64,000 nucleotides of DNA from an uncultured delta proteobacterium (GTDB taxonomy: Bacteria > Myxococcota > Myxococcia > Myxococcales > Myxococcaceae), in the NCBI GenBank assembly GCA_963796055.1, contig CAWCKH010000004.1:1888001-1952000 (forward strand). The letters are read 5' to 3'. Both the position numbers and the translations under genes were made by a program. The notes beneath the pieces are model-generated. The model made no database searches. It was not told the origin of the DNA and saw nothing but the letters and a program-made list of their open reading frames with translations. Shown one piece after another: positions 9,340 through 18,646 of this stretch. Each line of letters starts with the position of its first letter. The first letter of the stretch is position 1.

Positions 9340-9669
9340 ATGCGCCTGAGTGGAATTCCCTTCGGGGTGACGGACTGGTCCAAGGTCGAGCCTACCGAGC
9401 GCCCCGGTGACGCCGGGGTCGCGGTCTGGCGGACGCGGCACTTCGGCGACGTCCGCGTCCGGATGGTGGAGTACTCGCCCGGGTATGTGGCCGACCACTG
9501 GTGCGAGAAGGGGCACATCCTGCTCTGCCTCACGGGCGAGCTGAACACCGAGCTGGAGGACGGGCGGCGGTTCACGCTGAAGCCCGGGACGAGCTACCAG
9601 GTCGCGGACGGAGCGGAGCGACACCGGTCCTCCACCTCGTCCGGCGCGACGCTGTTCATCGTCGACTGA
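9340..9669 (+). CDS. DHCW-motif cupin-fold protein
   Basis: [23 protein letters not shown]...[15 protein letters not shown]. Confidence 0.9.
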   Translation: MRLSGIPFGVTDWSKVEPTERPGDAGVAVWRTRHFGDVRVRMVEYSPGYVADHWCEKGHILLCLTGELNTELEDGRRFTLKPGTSYQVADGAERHRSSTSSGATLFIVD

Positions 9670-9734
9670 CGCCCGAGATGGAAAAGCCGCACGGCGCATC
9701 GTGCAGGGCCCCCTGAAGACCAGCACCGAGACGC

Positions 9735-10472
9735 TCACAGTCCCCGGATGAACCCACCGTCCACGGCGATGGCCTGCCCGGTCACGTACCCGGCCTGCTC
9801 CGAGGCCAGGAAGGCCGCCACCGCGCCCAGCTCCTCGGGTCGTCCGAGCCGCCGGGCGGGGATGTGCGCGGCGAGCGTCTCCTCCGGGATGCCCAGCTCG
9901 GCGATGCGGTCGGTGGACGTGTAGCCCGGGAGCAGCGCGTTCACCGTCACCCCATCCTCGGCCACCTCGGGCGCCAGCGATTTCACCAGCCCCAGGAGGC
10001 CGGCGCGCAGGCCGCTGGACACCGTCAGCTCCGGGATGGGCTCCTTGGCCGCGGTCGAGGTGATGAGCAGCACGCGCCCCCACCGACGCTCCTGCATGGC
10101 GGGCAGCGCCGCGCGGATGGCGTCCACTGCGCTCATCCACAGGGACTGGAAGCCCACCTGCCACATCTCCTCGGTGATGTCGGCGAACCGCCCCTTCGGG
10201 GGCCCCCCGGTGTTGGTCACCAGGATGTCCAGACCGCCCAGCCGCTTGGTCGCAGTCTCCACCAGGGTGATCGCCGCGCCCGGGACGCGGAGGTCGCAGG
10301 GCAGCCCCGCCTGTGCGCCCAGCTCGCGCGCGGCGGCCTCGACCCGCGGCTTGTTCCGCGCGCAGATGGCCACCCGCGCCCCCTCCGCCACCAGCGCCGC
10401 GGCCACCGCCCGCCCGAGCCCCGAGGAGCCCCCGAGCACCAGTGCCCGTCGATCACGCAGTCCCAGGTCCAT
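9735..10472 (-). CDS. SDR-family oxidoreductase with atypical active site
   Basis: GGSSGLG, LDILVTNTGGP, GRPEE, YVTGQAIAVDGG; S-x3-R in place of YxxxK; ATGA overlap with kmo stop. Confidence 0.9.
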   Translation of the reverse strand: MDLGLRDRRALVLGGSSGLGRAVAAALVAEGARVAICARNKPRVEAAARELGAQAGLPCDLRVPGAAITLVETATKRLGGLDILVTNTGGPPKGRFADITEEMWQVGFQSLWMSAVDAIRAALPAMQERRWGRVLLITSTAAKEPIPELTVSSGLRAGLLGLVKSLAPEVAEDGVTVNALLPGYTSTDRIAELGIPEETLAAHIPARRLGRPEELGAVAAFLASEQAGYVTGQAIAVDGGFIRGL

Positions 10473-11839
10473 CAGAGCCTCTCGCGCAGGAAGGGAGTGA
10501 GCCGCGCGGCGACCAGCGCCCGTGCCCGCCCCAGGTCGACCTCGGCCGGCGAGGCCACGCCCTCGGCCAGCTCGGACACGATGCCCGAAGCGATACGACC
10601 GGCGTCGTAGGCCACCCGGTAGGGCGTCCGACTGAAGGTCACCATCGCGTAGCGGGAGACGAACTCGCCGGGCAGCTCGGCCAGGAGCCGCTTCTCGATG
10701 GCCTTCTCCAGCCGGAAGCGCGGGTCGGCGGTGCTGGCGCGCATCTCGACGAAGTTCTCCACCGCCATGTCGGCGATGGCGTCGGCGTTGGGCCTTCGCA
10801 GCCGCTCGAACCGGGCGAAGACCTCGCCCCGCGCGGCGCCCTCGGCCTCCAGCTCGTCCAGCACCACGCAGTCCTCGAAGCCGCAGTTCATGCCCTGGCC
10901 GAAGAAAGGGACGATGGCGTGGGCTGCGTCTCCGAGCAGCAGGGCTGTGTGGCCGGCGTGCCACGCCGAACACTTGACGGTGACCATCGACCCGGTCGGA
11001 TTGCCGGCGAACTGGGCCTCCAGGTCCGTGAGCATCGGCTCGATGTCCGCGAAGTACTCCCGGAAGAACGCCCGAACCGCCCCCGGAGCCTCCAGGGTGG
11101 CGAAGCTCGGGGAGCCCTCGAAGGCGAGGAACAGGGTGCAGGTGAAGCTCCCGTCCTCGTTGGGGAGGGCGATGAGCATGAAGTCGCCACGCGGCCAGAT
11201 GTGCAGCGCGTTCCGCTCCAGCCGCCACCCGCCTTCCGCGGCGGCGGGCAGGGTGAGCTCCTTGTAGCCGTGGTCGAGCAGCGTCTCGGTCGAGGTGCCG
11301 CCGCGGGCCTCCACCACTGCGCGGCGCACCGCCGAGCCCGCCCCGTCGGTGCCGTACACCACCGCGCCCTCGACGTGCTGGGTGTGCCCGCCGTCGACCT
11401 CGACCGTGAGCTCGCGGCGCGCGGGGTCGAGCGCCAGCACCCGCCGCCGGAACGACAGGCGCACCCGGCCGGTCTGCTCGGCGGCATCGAGCAGCATCCG
11501 GTTGAGCAGCCCGCGGGAGATGGAGTGGATGCACTGGCTGTCGTCCTTCCCGTACGCCTGGAAGGTGAGGCCCCCGTCGAGGCCATGGATCATCCGGCCC
11601 GGCATGGGGATGGCGTGGGCGAGCGCATCCTGCTCCAGACCGACATGGGCGAGGGCGTGGAGCCCGCGAACGCTGATTGCCAGATTGATGCTCCGGCCGG
11701 CGGAGATCTGCTCGCGCCGCATGTCCGGCCGCCGCTCGAAGAGCTCCACCGCCTTCCCCCGCCGGGCGAGGAAGAGCGCCAGGAGCGAGCCGACCAGGCC
11801 CGCACCGGCCAGGACCGTCCGCTCACCCCCCCTGGACAT
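10472..11839 (-). CDS. kmo: Kynurenine 3-monooxygenase
   Basis: GAGLVG, GRSINLAIS.RG, HGYKELT, NALHIWPRG, GDAAHAIVPFFGQGMNCGFED; cluster context. Confidence 0.93.
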   Translation of the reverse strand: MSRGGERTVLAGAGLVGSLLALFLARRGKAVELFERRPDMRREQISAGRSINLAISVRGLHALAHVGLEQDALAHAIPMPGRMIHGLDGGLTFQAYGKDDSQCIHSISRGLLNRMLLDAAEQTGRVRLSFRRRVLALDPARRELTVEVDGGHTQHVEGAVVYGTDGAGSAVRRAVVEARGGTSTETLLDHGYKELTLPAAAEGGWRLERNALHIWPRGDFMLIALPNEDGSFTCTLFLAFEGSPSFATLEAPGAVRAFFREYFADIEPMLTDLEAQFAGNPTGSMVTVKCSAWHAGHTALLLGDAAHAIVPFFGQGMNCGFEDCVVLDELEAEGAARGEVFARFERLRRPNADAIADMAVENFVEMRASTADPRFRLEKAIEKRLLAELPGEFVSRYAMVTFSRTPYRVAYDAGRIASGIVSELAEGVASPAEVDLGRARALVAARLTPFLRERL

Positions 11840-13091
11840 GGCCCCGGAGCACCTCGGCAAAGCGCACCACGTCGGCGAAGCCCGTGTAGAAGGGCGCGGG
11901 CGCGGCGCGGAGGATGTCCGGGGCGCGGAAGTCGCAGACCACTCCCGCCACCGCCAGGCGCTCCACCAGTCCGCGGGGGTCGTGGCCGATGCGCAGGGAC
12001 AGCTGCGCCCCGCGCTGGGCCGGGTCGTCAGGGGTGATGATCTCCACTCCCGGCATCCCCCGCACCAGCTGGTCCATGAGGCCGGTGAGCCGCTCGGACT
12101 TGCGCCCGAGCGCGGTCATCCCCACCGCGTCGAACAGCTCCATCGACGCCCGGAGCGCCGCCATGGAGAGGATCGGCGGATTCGACAGCTGCCATCCCTC
12201 GGCGCCCGGCATCCCCTGGAACCGCGGCCCCATCTCGAACCGGGTGGCCTCGTCGTGCCCCCACCAGCCCTCGAAGCGGGGCAGGTCCCGGCCGTCGTGG
12301 TGCCGCGCATGGACGAACACTCCACCGAGCGCGCCCGGTCCCCCGTTGAGGTACTTGTACGAGCACCACACGGCGAAGTCCGGTCCGTCGTCGTGCAGAT
12401 GGAAGACCAGGTTGCCCGCGCCGTGCGCGAGGTCGAAGCCGACCGTCGCCCCCACTGCGTGCCCCGCGCGGGTGACGGCCCCGACGTCGAAGGCCTGCCC
12501 GGTGAGGTAGTTCACGTTGCCGATCAGCACCAGCGCCAGCCGCTCGCCTTCCCGGGCGATGGCCTGGAGCAGATCCTCGGGCCGGAGCACGTCCTCTCCG
12601 GCCCGCGGCGCGAGCGGTACCAGCGCCTCTGCCGGATCGAATCCGTGGAAGCGGACCTGGCTGGCGAGCGCGTACCGGTCGGAGGGAAAGGCGCTGCCCT
12701 CGTGGAGGATGCGGTGACGCCCGGCGGTGGGCCGGTAGAAGGACACCAGCAGCAGATGCAGGTTGACGGTGAGGGTGTTCATCACCACCACCTCGTCGGG
12801 CTGGGCCCCGACGAGGCGCGCGGTGGGCGCGGTGAGGAAGCGGTGGTACGGAAGCCAGGGGGAGTCGCCTTCCAGGTGTCCCTCGACCCCGCGCCGGGCC
12901 CAGTCGTCCAGCACCTCCTCCACCCGTGCCCGCGCCGTCCGGGGCTGCAACCCGAGCGAGTTCCCGGTCAGGTACACCAGCGGCGCACCGTCCTGCCCTC
13001 TCGGGAGCAGGAAGGCGTCCCGCATCGGGCCCAGCGCATCACGTGCGTCGTGGTCCTCGGCGAGCCGCCGGCCTTCCTCGATGCTCAGCAT
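11823..13091 (-). CDS. kynU: Kynureninase
   Basis: YLTGNSLGLQP, MNTLTVNLHLL, DLAHGAGN, DFAVWCSYKYLNGGPG, GWWGH. Confidence 0.95.
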   Translation of the reverse strand: MLSIEEGRRLAEDHDARDALGPMRDAFLLPRGQDGAPLVYLTGNSLGLQPRTARARVEEVLDDWARRGVEGHLEGDSPWLPYHRFLTAPTARLVGAQPDEVVVMNTLTVNLHLLLVSFYRPTAGRHRILHEGSAFPSDRYALASQVRFHGFDPAEALVPLAPRAGEDVLRPEDLLQAIAREGERLALVLIGNVNYLTGQAFDVGAVTRAGHAVGATVGFDLAHGAGNLVFHLHDDGPDFAVWCSYKYLNGGPGALGGVFVHARHHDGRDLPRFEGWWGHDEATRFEMGPRFQGMPGAEGWQLSNPPILSMAALRASMELFDAVGMTALGRKSERLTGLMDQLVRGMPGVEIITPDDPAQRGAQLSLRIGHDPRGLVERLAVAGVVCDFRAPDILRAAPAPFYTGFADVVRFAEVLRGHVQGG

Positions 13092-14086
13092 GGCCGGCCC
13101 AGCCAGCGGAGCGCGTTTTCCCCCAGGAGCCGCGCCCGGGGGTTGGCGAGCTCGGGAACGGAGCGGATCAGCGCCCCCGGCTCGGGCTCGCCGAGCGGGA
13201 AGGGGTAGTCGCTCCCCAGCATCACCCGGTCCTCGCCGAAGAGCTTCACGATGAGCCGGAGCATGTCCGCATCGTGCACCAGGCTGTCCACCCAGAACCG
13301 CCCCAGGTAGGCCCGCGGGGGGACCGGGTTGTCCACCGCCACCAGATCGGGCCGGCAGTCGAACCCGTGCTGGATGCGACCCAGCGTCCCGGGAAAGGCG
13401 CCGCCGCCGTGGGCGAAGGCCACCCGGAGCGTGGGGAGCCGCTCCAGCACCCCGCCGAAGATGAGCGAGCAAATGGCCAGCGAGACCTCCGCGGGCATCC
13501 CCACCAGCCAGGGAAGCCAGTACTTCCGCATCCGCGCCTCGCCCATCATGTCCCAGGGATGGACGAAGACCGCGGCGCCCAGCTCGGCGGCGGCGACGAA
13601 CACCTCGAAGAGCGCCGGGTCGCTCAGGTTCCACTCGTTGACGTGGCTGCCGATCTGCACCCCGGCCAGGCCGAGGGACTTCACGCAGCGCTCCAGCTCG
13701 CGCACCGCCAGCGCGGGGGCCTGCATCGGCAAGGTCCCCAGACCCACGAAGCGCGCGGGCGCGCCGGCCACCACCGAGGCGAGGTGGTCGTTGAGGAACC
13801 GCGCCACCTCGGCGCCGTCCTCCGGCCTGGCCCAGTACGAGAACATCACCGGCACCGTCGAGAGCACCTGCACGTCCACCCCGGCGAGGTCGCAGTCGGC
13901 CAGCCGCGCGGCGGGCGCCCAGAGGTTCTCCTCCACCTCACGGAAGGGCTGTCCGTCGTCCCTCACCATCCGCGCGCGACAGGGCCCGGTGTGCTCGAGG
14001 CCGACGAAGCCGCCGTAGCCGAAGCGCTCCTTCCAGCGGGGCAGCTCGGGCGGAAGCAGGTGGGTGTGAACGTCGACGACCGGCAT
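13085..14086 (-). CDS. 2-amino-3-carboxymuconate-6-semialdehyde decarboxylase (ACMSD)
   Basis: DVHTH, VQVLSTVPVMFSYWA, FVHPWDM, YWLPWLVGMPAE, AHGGG, GSDYPFPLGE. Confidence 0.92.
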   Translation of the reverse strand: MPVVDVHTHLLPPELPRWKERFGYGGFVGLEHTGPCRARMVRDDGQPFREVEENLWAPAARLADCDLAGVDVQVLSTVPVMFSYWARPEDGAEVARFLNDHLASVVAGAPARFVGLGTLPMQAPALAVRELERCVKSLGLAGVQIGSHVNEWNLSDPALFEVFVAAAELGAAVFVHPWDMMGEARMRKYWLPWLVGMPAEVSLAICSLIFGGVLERLPTLRVAFAHGGGAFPGTLGRIQHGFDCRPDLVAVDNPVPPRAYLGRFWVDSLVHDADMLRLIVKLFGEDRVMLGSDYPFPLGEPEPGALIRSVPELANPRARLLGENALRWLGRPC

Positions 14087-14100
14087 TCGGCGTTTCGGTT

Positions 14101-14613
14101 TCAGGCGCGGGTGGCGCGCGTCCCGCACTTGCTGCAAGTTCTGGCCTTCTCGTCGCCGTAGAAGTGGTCGAACACCGGGGGCAGCTGCCGGACGATGTCG
14201 GTCAGGTGGATCGACTCTCGGTAGAGCTCGTTCCCGCATTTCTCGCAGACCCAGAGGAACGAGTCCTTCTCGTGCGGCAGCCGGCGGCGCTCGAGCACCA
14301 GCCCGATGGTGTTCGGAGGCCGCTGGGGCGAGTGGGGGACGTTGGGCGGAAGGAGGAAGATCTCCCCCTCCCGGATGGGAATGACTTCCCGCTGGCCGTC
14401 GACCAGGACGTGGAGGGCGATGTCCCCCTCGAGCTGGTAGAAGAACTCCTCGCCCTCGTTGACGTGGAAGTCGCGCCGCGCGTTCGGACCACCCACCACG
14501 GTGACCATGAACTCGCGGTCGGCCCAGATCTGCTGGTTGCCCACCGGGGGTTTCAGCAGATGCCGGTGCTCGTCGATCCACTTCTTGAAGTTGAGCGCTT
14601 GCAGCCTGGGCAT
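14101..14613 (-). CDS. nbaC: 3-hydroxyanthranilate 3,4-dioxygenase
   Basis: LKPPVGN, VGGPNARRDFH, EEFFYQ, PHSPQR, two CxxC motifs (CEKC, CSKC). Confidence 0.95.
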   Translation of the reverse strand: MPRLQALNFKKWIDEHRHLLKPPVGNQQIWADREFMVTVVGGPNARRDFHVNEGEEFFYQLEGDIALHVLVDGQREVIPIREGEIFLLPPNVPHSPQRPPNTIGLVLERRRLPHEKDSFLWVCEKCGNELYRESIHLTDIVRQLPPVFDHFYGDEKARTCSKCGTRATRA

Positions 14614-14615
14614 GT

Positions 14616-15035
14616 TCACTCCGGCATCGTGGCGATGCACTTCAGCTCGATGGCGATGGGCGTGGGGAGACGCGTCACCTCCACCGTGGTCCGGCACGGC
14701 TGGGCGTCCTTGAAGTACTCCGCCCAGAGCCGGTTGTAGACCGCGAAGTCGCTCTCCATGTCGGTGAGGAACACCGTCACGTCCACCAGGCGGTCCCAGG
14801 TGGTGCCTGCGTCCTCGAGGATGGCCCGAACGTTCTCGAACACGCTCTTGCACTGGATGGCGATGTCGTGATCGGTGACGTTGCCCTGCGCGTCCAGGGT
14901 CACCCCCGGGATGTCGTGGCTGCCGCGAACGCGCGGGCCGATCCCCGAGAGGAAGAGCAGATTGCCCACCCGGCGGGCATGGGGGAAGGCGCCCACCGGG
15001 GGCGCGGCGCGCTGCGAGGTCACTCGGTCCGGCAT
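14616..15035 (-). CDS. RidA-family protein, probable 2-aminomuconate deaminase
   Basis: PVGAFPHARRVGNLLFLSGIGPR, PCRTTVEV..LPTPIAIELK; cluster context. Confidence 0.85.
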   Translation of the reverse strand: MPDRVTSQRAAPPVGAFPHARRVGNLLFLSGIGPRVRGSHDIPGVTLDAQGNVTDHDIAIQCKSVFENVRAILEDAGTTWDRLVDVTVFLTDMESDFAVYNRLWAEYFKDAQPCRTTVEVTRLPTPIAIELKCIATMPE

Positions 15036-15041
15036 GGGCCT

Positions 15042-16493
15042 TCAACCTCCGTGCAGGTGGATGCAGATGTTCTGGGGCTCGGTGAAGAAGCGAAGCGCTT
15101 CCTGGCCGCCCTCGCGGCCCAGGCCCGAATCCTTCATCCCCCCGAAGGGGGTGCGCAGGTCGCGGAGCATCCAGGTGTTCACCCAGACGATGCCGCTCTG
15201 CAGCCCGGCGGCGAACCGGTGGGCGCGGGTCAGGTCGGCTGTCCACACCGAGGCGGCGAGGCCGTAGCGAACTCCGTTGGCGGCCTGGAGAACCTCCTCC
15301 TCGGAGTCGAACGGCATCAGGGCCGCCACCGGGCCGAAGATCTCCTCCTGGTTGGACCGGCACCCGGGGTCGAGCCCCTCGACCAGGGTGGGCTCCACGA
15401 ACCAGCCCTCGCGGCAGCGGCCACCGACCTCGGCCCGCCTGCCCCCGGTGAGGAACCGGCCGCCCTCCTCGCGGGCCAGAGCGAGGTAGCCGAGCACCTT
15501 GTCCAGGTGGGCCCGGCTGACCAGCGCCCCCTGCTCGGTCTCGGGCAGGAGCGGATCGCCGAGCTTGAGGGCCCGGGTGCGCTCCACCAGGGCGTCGCGC
15601 ACCCGGCCGTAGACGCTCCGCTCCACGAAGATGCGCGGACAGCAGAGGCAGATCTCACCCTGGTTGGAGAAGGACGAGCGCACGGTGGTGGCCACCGCCG
15701 ATTCCAGATCCGCGTCGGCGAAGATGACCACCGGGTTCTTTCCCCCCATCTCCAGCGAGAGCTTCTTGAACTGCGGTGCGGCGGTGCGGGCGATCTCCGC
15801 GCCGGTGCGTGTGCTGCCGGTGAAGGAGATGGCCTTCACCTCCGGATGGCGCGATAGGGCGTCGCCCACCTTGGGGCCCAGCCCCTGCACGATGTTCAGC
15901 ACCCCCGGCGGCAGCCCGGCCTCGAGCGCGATGCGTCCGAGCCAGTGGGCGGTGATCGGCGTCACCTCGGACGGCTTGGCCACCACCGTGTTGCCCACCG
16001 CGAGAGCGGGCGCCACCTTCCAGGTCAAGAGGTACAGCGGGAGGTTCCAGGGCGAGATGGTGCCCACCACCCCCAGCGGATGCCGCAGCGTGTAATTCAG
16101 CGCGTGCGAATCCATGGGATGGCACTCGCTGGAGAGCTGGGTGGCGGCGTCGGCGAAGAACTCGAAGTTCAGGATGGCTCGGGGGATGTCGACCTCGGTG
16201 GCCACCGAGACGGGCTTCCCGCTGTCCACCGACTCGGCGCGGGCCAGCTCGAGCAGCGCCAGGCGCAGACCCTCGGCCACCTTGCGTAGCAGGCGGCTCC
16301 GGACCGGGGCCGGCGTGGCGCTCCAGGCCGGAAATGCGCGCCGGGCGGCCTCGACCGCCTGGGCCACGTCCAGGGCGTCCGAATCGGGCAAGGTTCCCAG
16401 CGGTCCGCCGGTGGCGGGCTCCCAGTTGGGGAGCGTCGCCCCGGAAACCGCCGGAACCTCGCGACCGTCGATGACGTTGAGGACGCCGTCCAT
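15042..16493 (-). CDS. Aldehyde dehydrogenase, probable 2-aminomuconate-semialdehyde dehydrogenase
   Basis: ISPWNLPLYLLTWK, FTGST, LEMGGKNP, NQGEICLC, EEIFGPV; GGAGG RBS before ATG 16493. Confidence 0.88.
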   Translation of the reverse strand: MDGVLNVIDGREVPAVSGATLPNWEPATGGPLGTLPDSDALDVAQAVEAARRAFPAWSATPAPVRSRLLRKVAEGLRLALLELARAESVDSGKPVSVATEVDIPRAILNFEFFADAATQLSSECHPMDSHALNYTLRHPLGVVGTISPWNLPLYLLTWKVAPALAVGNTVVAKPSEVTPITAHWLGRIALEAGLPPGVLNIVQGLGPKVGDALSRHPEVKAISFTGSTRTGAEIARTAAPQFKKLSLEMGGKNPVVIFADADLESAVATTVRSSFSNQGEICLCCPRIFVERSVYGRVRDALVERTRALKLGDPLLPETEQGALVSRAHLDKVLGYLALAREEGGRFLTGGRRAEVGGRCREGWFVEPTLVEGLDPGCRSNQEEIFGPVAALMPFDSEEEVLQAANGVRYGLAASVWTADLTRAHRFAAGLQSGIVWVNTWMLRDLRTPFGGMKDSGLGREGGQEALRFFTEPQNICIHLHGG

Positions 16494-16569
16494 GAAGCCT
16501 CCGCCTCTCCTAGTATGCGCCACCCGGGCCGGCGCCGGGGGACCGGGCGGTGGGCGGAGGAACGTGAGA

Positions 16570-17340
16570 ATGGACATCGAGCGCCTGGCGGGTCATCTGG
16601 ACGACGCGCGGCGGCACGGCCGGGAGGTGGAGCGGCTGACGCTCGAGGCCCCGGACCTGGACCTCGCCCAGGCCTACCAGGTGATGGACGCGGGCATCGC
16701 CCTGCGCATGGCCCGCGGCGAGCGGGTCATCGGGATGAAGATGGGGCTCACCTCGGAGGCCAAGCGCCGCCAGATGTCGCTCGATGCGCCGATCTACGGC
16801 GTGCTGACCGACGCCATGGTGGTCCAGGGCACCTTCCATCTCCGGGGCACCTTGCATCCGAAGATCGAGCCCGAGGTCGCCTTCCGCTTCGCCCGCGGCC
16901 TCGCCGGGACGCCGGACCGGTCGGCTGTGCTCTCGGCGTGCACCGCGGTGGGCCCGGCCTTGGAGATCCTCGACTCGCGCTACCGCGACTTCAAGTACTT
17001 CAGCCTCCCGGACGTGGTGGCGGACAATGCGTCGTCCTCGCACGTCGTGCTCCCCGAGCGCTGGGTGGAGATCGAGGGTCGGGACACCTCGCGGGTGGAG
17101 CTGGTGATGTTCGTCGACGGGACGCCCCGACAGCGGGCGACGGGGGCGGCCATCTCCGGGGACCCGGTGCTGTCGGTGGTGCAGCTGTGCGCGCTGCTGA
17201 CCGCACGGGGCCGCTCGGTCCCGGCCGGGAGCGTGGTGCTGGCCGGGGCGGCCACCGTCGCCGAGCCGCTCGTGGCCGGGATGGAGGTCCGGCTGGACGC
17301 GGGGTGGCTGGGGAGCACGTCGGTGCGGGTCGAGCCGTGA
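16570..17340 (+). CDS. 4-oxalocrotonate decarboxylase / 2-keto-4-pentenoate hydratase family
   Basis: KMGLTSEAK, HPKIEPEVAF, EILDSRY, DVVADNASS. Confidence 0.88.
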   Translation: MDIERLAGHLDDARRHGREVERLTLEAPDLDLAQAYQVMDAGIALRMARGERVIGMKMGLTSEAKRRQMSLDAPIYGVLTDAMVVQGTFHLRGTLHPKIEPEVAFRFARGLAGTPDRSAVLSACTAVGPALEILDSRYRDFKYFSLPDVVADNASSSHVVLPERWVEIEGRDTSRVELVMFVDGTPRQRATGAAISGDPVLSVVQLCALLTARGRSVPAGSVVLAGAATVAEPLVAGMEVRLDAGWLGSTSVRVEP

Positions 17341-17723
17341 CCCGCCGCCGCCGCACCCTGGCGGTGGTCTCGGCCACGGTGGGCACCGCGCTGCTCGCCG
17401 GGTCGTTCGTGCTCATGTCCCGTGCGGAGGCGCCGCCCTGGGCGATGCTCGCCTGGGGTGCGGTGGCCCTGGTGGCCGTGGCGGCGTTCCTCGCCCGCTT
17501 CCGGGTCGATCGGGTGCACGAGGCGCTGTTCCTCGCCTCGCTGGTCGCGCTCGGGCAGACCTTGGCGCTGCACGCGGTGCTGATGGTCCTGCTCGGAGCG
17601 CGGCTTCCCCCGGCGCCGACGGTGCTCCGGCACCTGGTTGCCTTCGGGTTGCTGGACGCGCTCACCCTGGTGGCGGCGACGCTCGCCGGGCACTGGTTCC
17701 CGCAGCGGCCGCCGAGCCGCTAG
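17337..17723 (+). CDS. Hypothetical membrane protein (about 4 TM)
   Basis: GTGA overlap with upstream gene; four hydrophobic segments. Confidence 0.6.
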   Translation: MTRRRRTLAVVSATVGTALLAGSFVLMSRAEAPPWAMLAWGAVALVAVAAFLARFRVDRVHEALFLASLVALGQTLALHAVLMVLLGARLPPAPTVLRHLVAFGLLDALTLVAATLAGHWFPQRPPSR

Positions 17724-18634
17724 GAGCCGCGCGGCTGCTGCTGGGCCGCATCGAGGGTGAGCAGATCCTGCTCGAGCTGGCGGCGGCCGGTGACGTCGCT
17801 GAAGAAGACGTACAGCCCGCGCGCCGAGGGGACCGCGGTCACGCCGTACCAGCTCCCGCCGTTTGGCGCCCGGTCCTCGACGACGCGCAGGTACCCATCG
17901 GCGAGCGCCTCCTCGAAGGCCCGATGGAACGCCGTCCCCTGCAGCTCGGGGAACACCTCCCACAGCTCACGGCCGATGACCTCGGAGCGGGTGCGCTCCA
18001 GCATCCGCTCGGCGGCGGGGTTCCAGTGGGTGATGCGCCACTCCCGGTCCAGACCGCAGCACCCCTCGGGATTGGCCCGGAGCCAGCGATCCAGATCGGC
18101 GCGGGCGATGAGGGCGGCGGTCTCGGCCTCGACCTGGGTGGTGATGTCCGCGACGTAGGAGAGGATCATCGGAGGCTGTCCGGGTCGCCCGCCGATGGCG
18201 ATCCGCGTCCACTCGCAATGGCGAATGTCACCGGACCGGGTCCGGTTCCGGTTGCGGTGCACGAGGTGCCGATCGTGACCGGAGCGCAGGCGGTCGAGGA
18301 CCGCATCGACGAAGGGAAGGTCCGACTCGTGGACCAGCTCGAGCCCGTCGATGTGGCTGCCGAGCACCTCCGCCGCGGTCCAGCCGAACAATCGCTCGGC
18401 GGCGCCGGCCCACAGCCGGATCGTCCCCGCCGTATCCGTCTCGATCACCGCGACCGGCAGCGCCTCGAGATGTTCGAGGAGCGGATTGCCCTCGGGGGAC
18501 ATCTGGCTGAGGCGCGCGGGGGCCATTGCTGATCGCGCGGGATAATCGGTGGGGGGGCTGTCATCGGCCTGGACCGAACTGCGGGCGGCGTCCGTATCGA
18601 ACATCTCAGAGCTTTTCGGCTTTCTCACGAACAT
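17720..18634 (-). CDS. Tandem PAS-domain protein with no output domain
   Basis: Two PAS folds (GTIRLWAGAAERLFGW; WRITHWNPAAERML...IGRELWEVFP), each ending DIT/DVT; start uncertain. Confidence 0.8.
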   Translation of the reverse strand: MFVRKPKSSEMFDTDAARSSVQADDSPPTDYPARSAMAPARLSQMSPEGNPLLEHLEALPVAVIETDTAGTIRLWAGAAERLFGWTAAEVLGSHIDGLELVHESDLPFVDAVLDRLRSGHDRHLVHRNRNRTRSGDIRHCEWTRIAIGGRPGQPPMILSYVADITTQVEAETAALIARADLDRWLRANPEGCCGLDREWRITHWNPAAERMLERTRSEVIGRELWEVFPELQGTAFHRAFEEALADGYLRVVEDRAPNGGSWYGVTAVPSARGLYVFFSDVTGRRQLEQDLLTLDAAQQQPRGS

Positions 18635-18646
18635 GGAAAACTCCAG

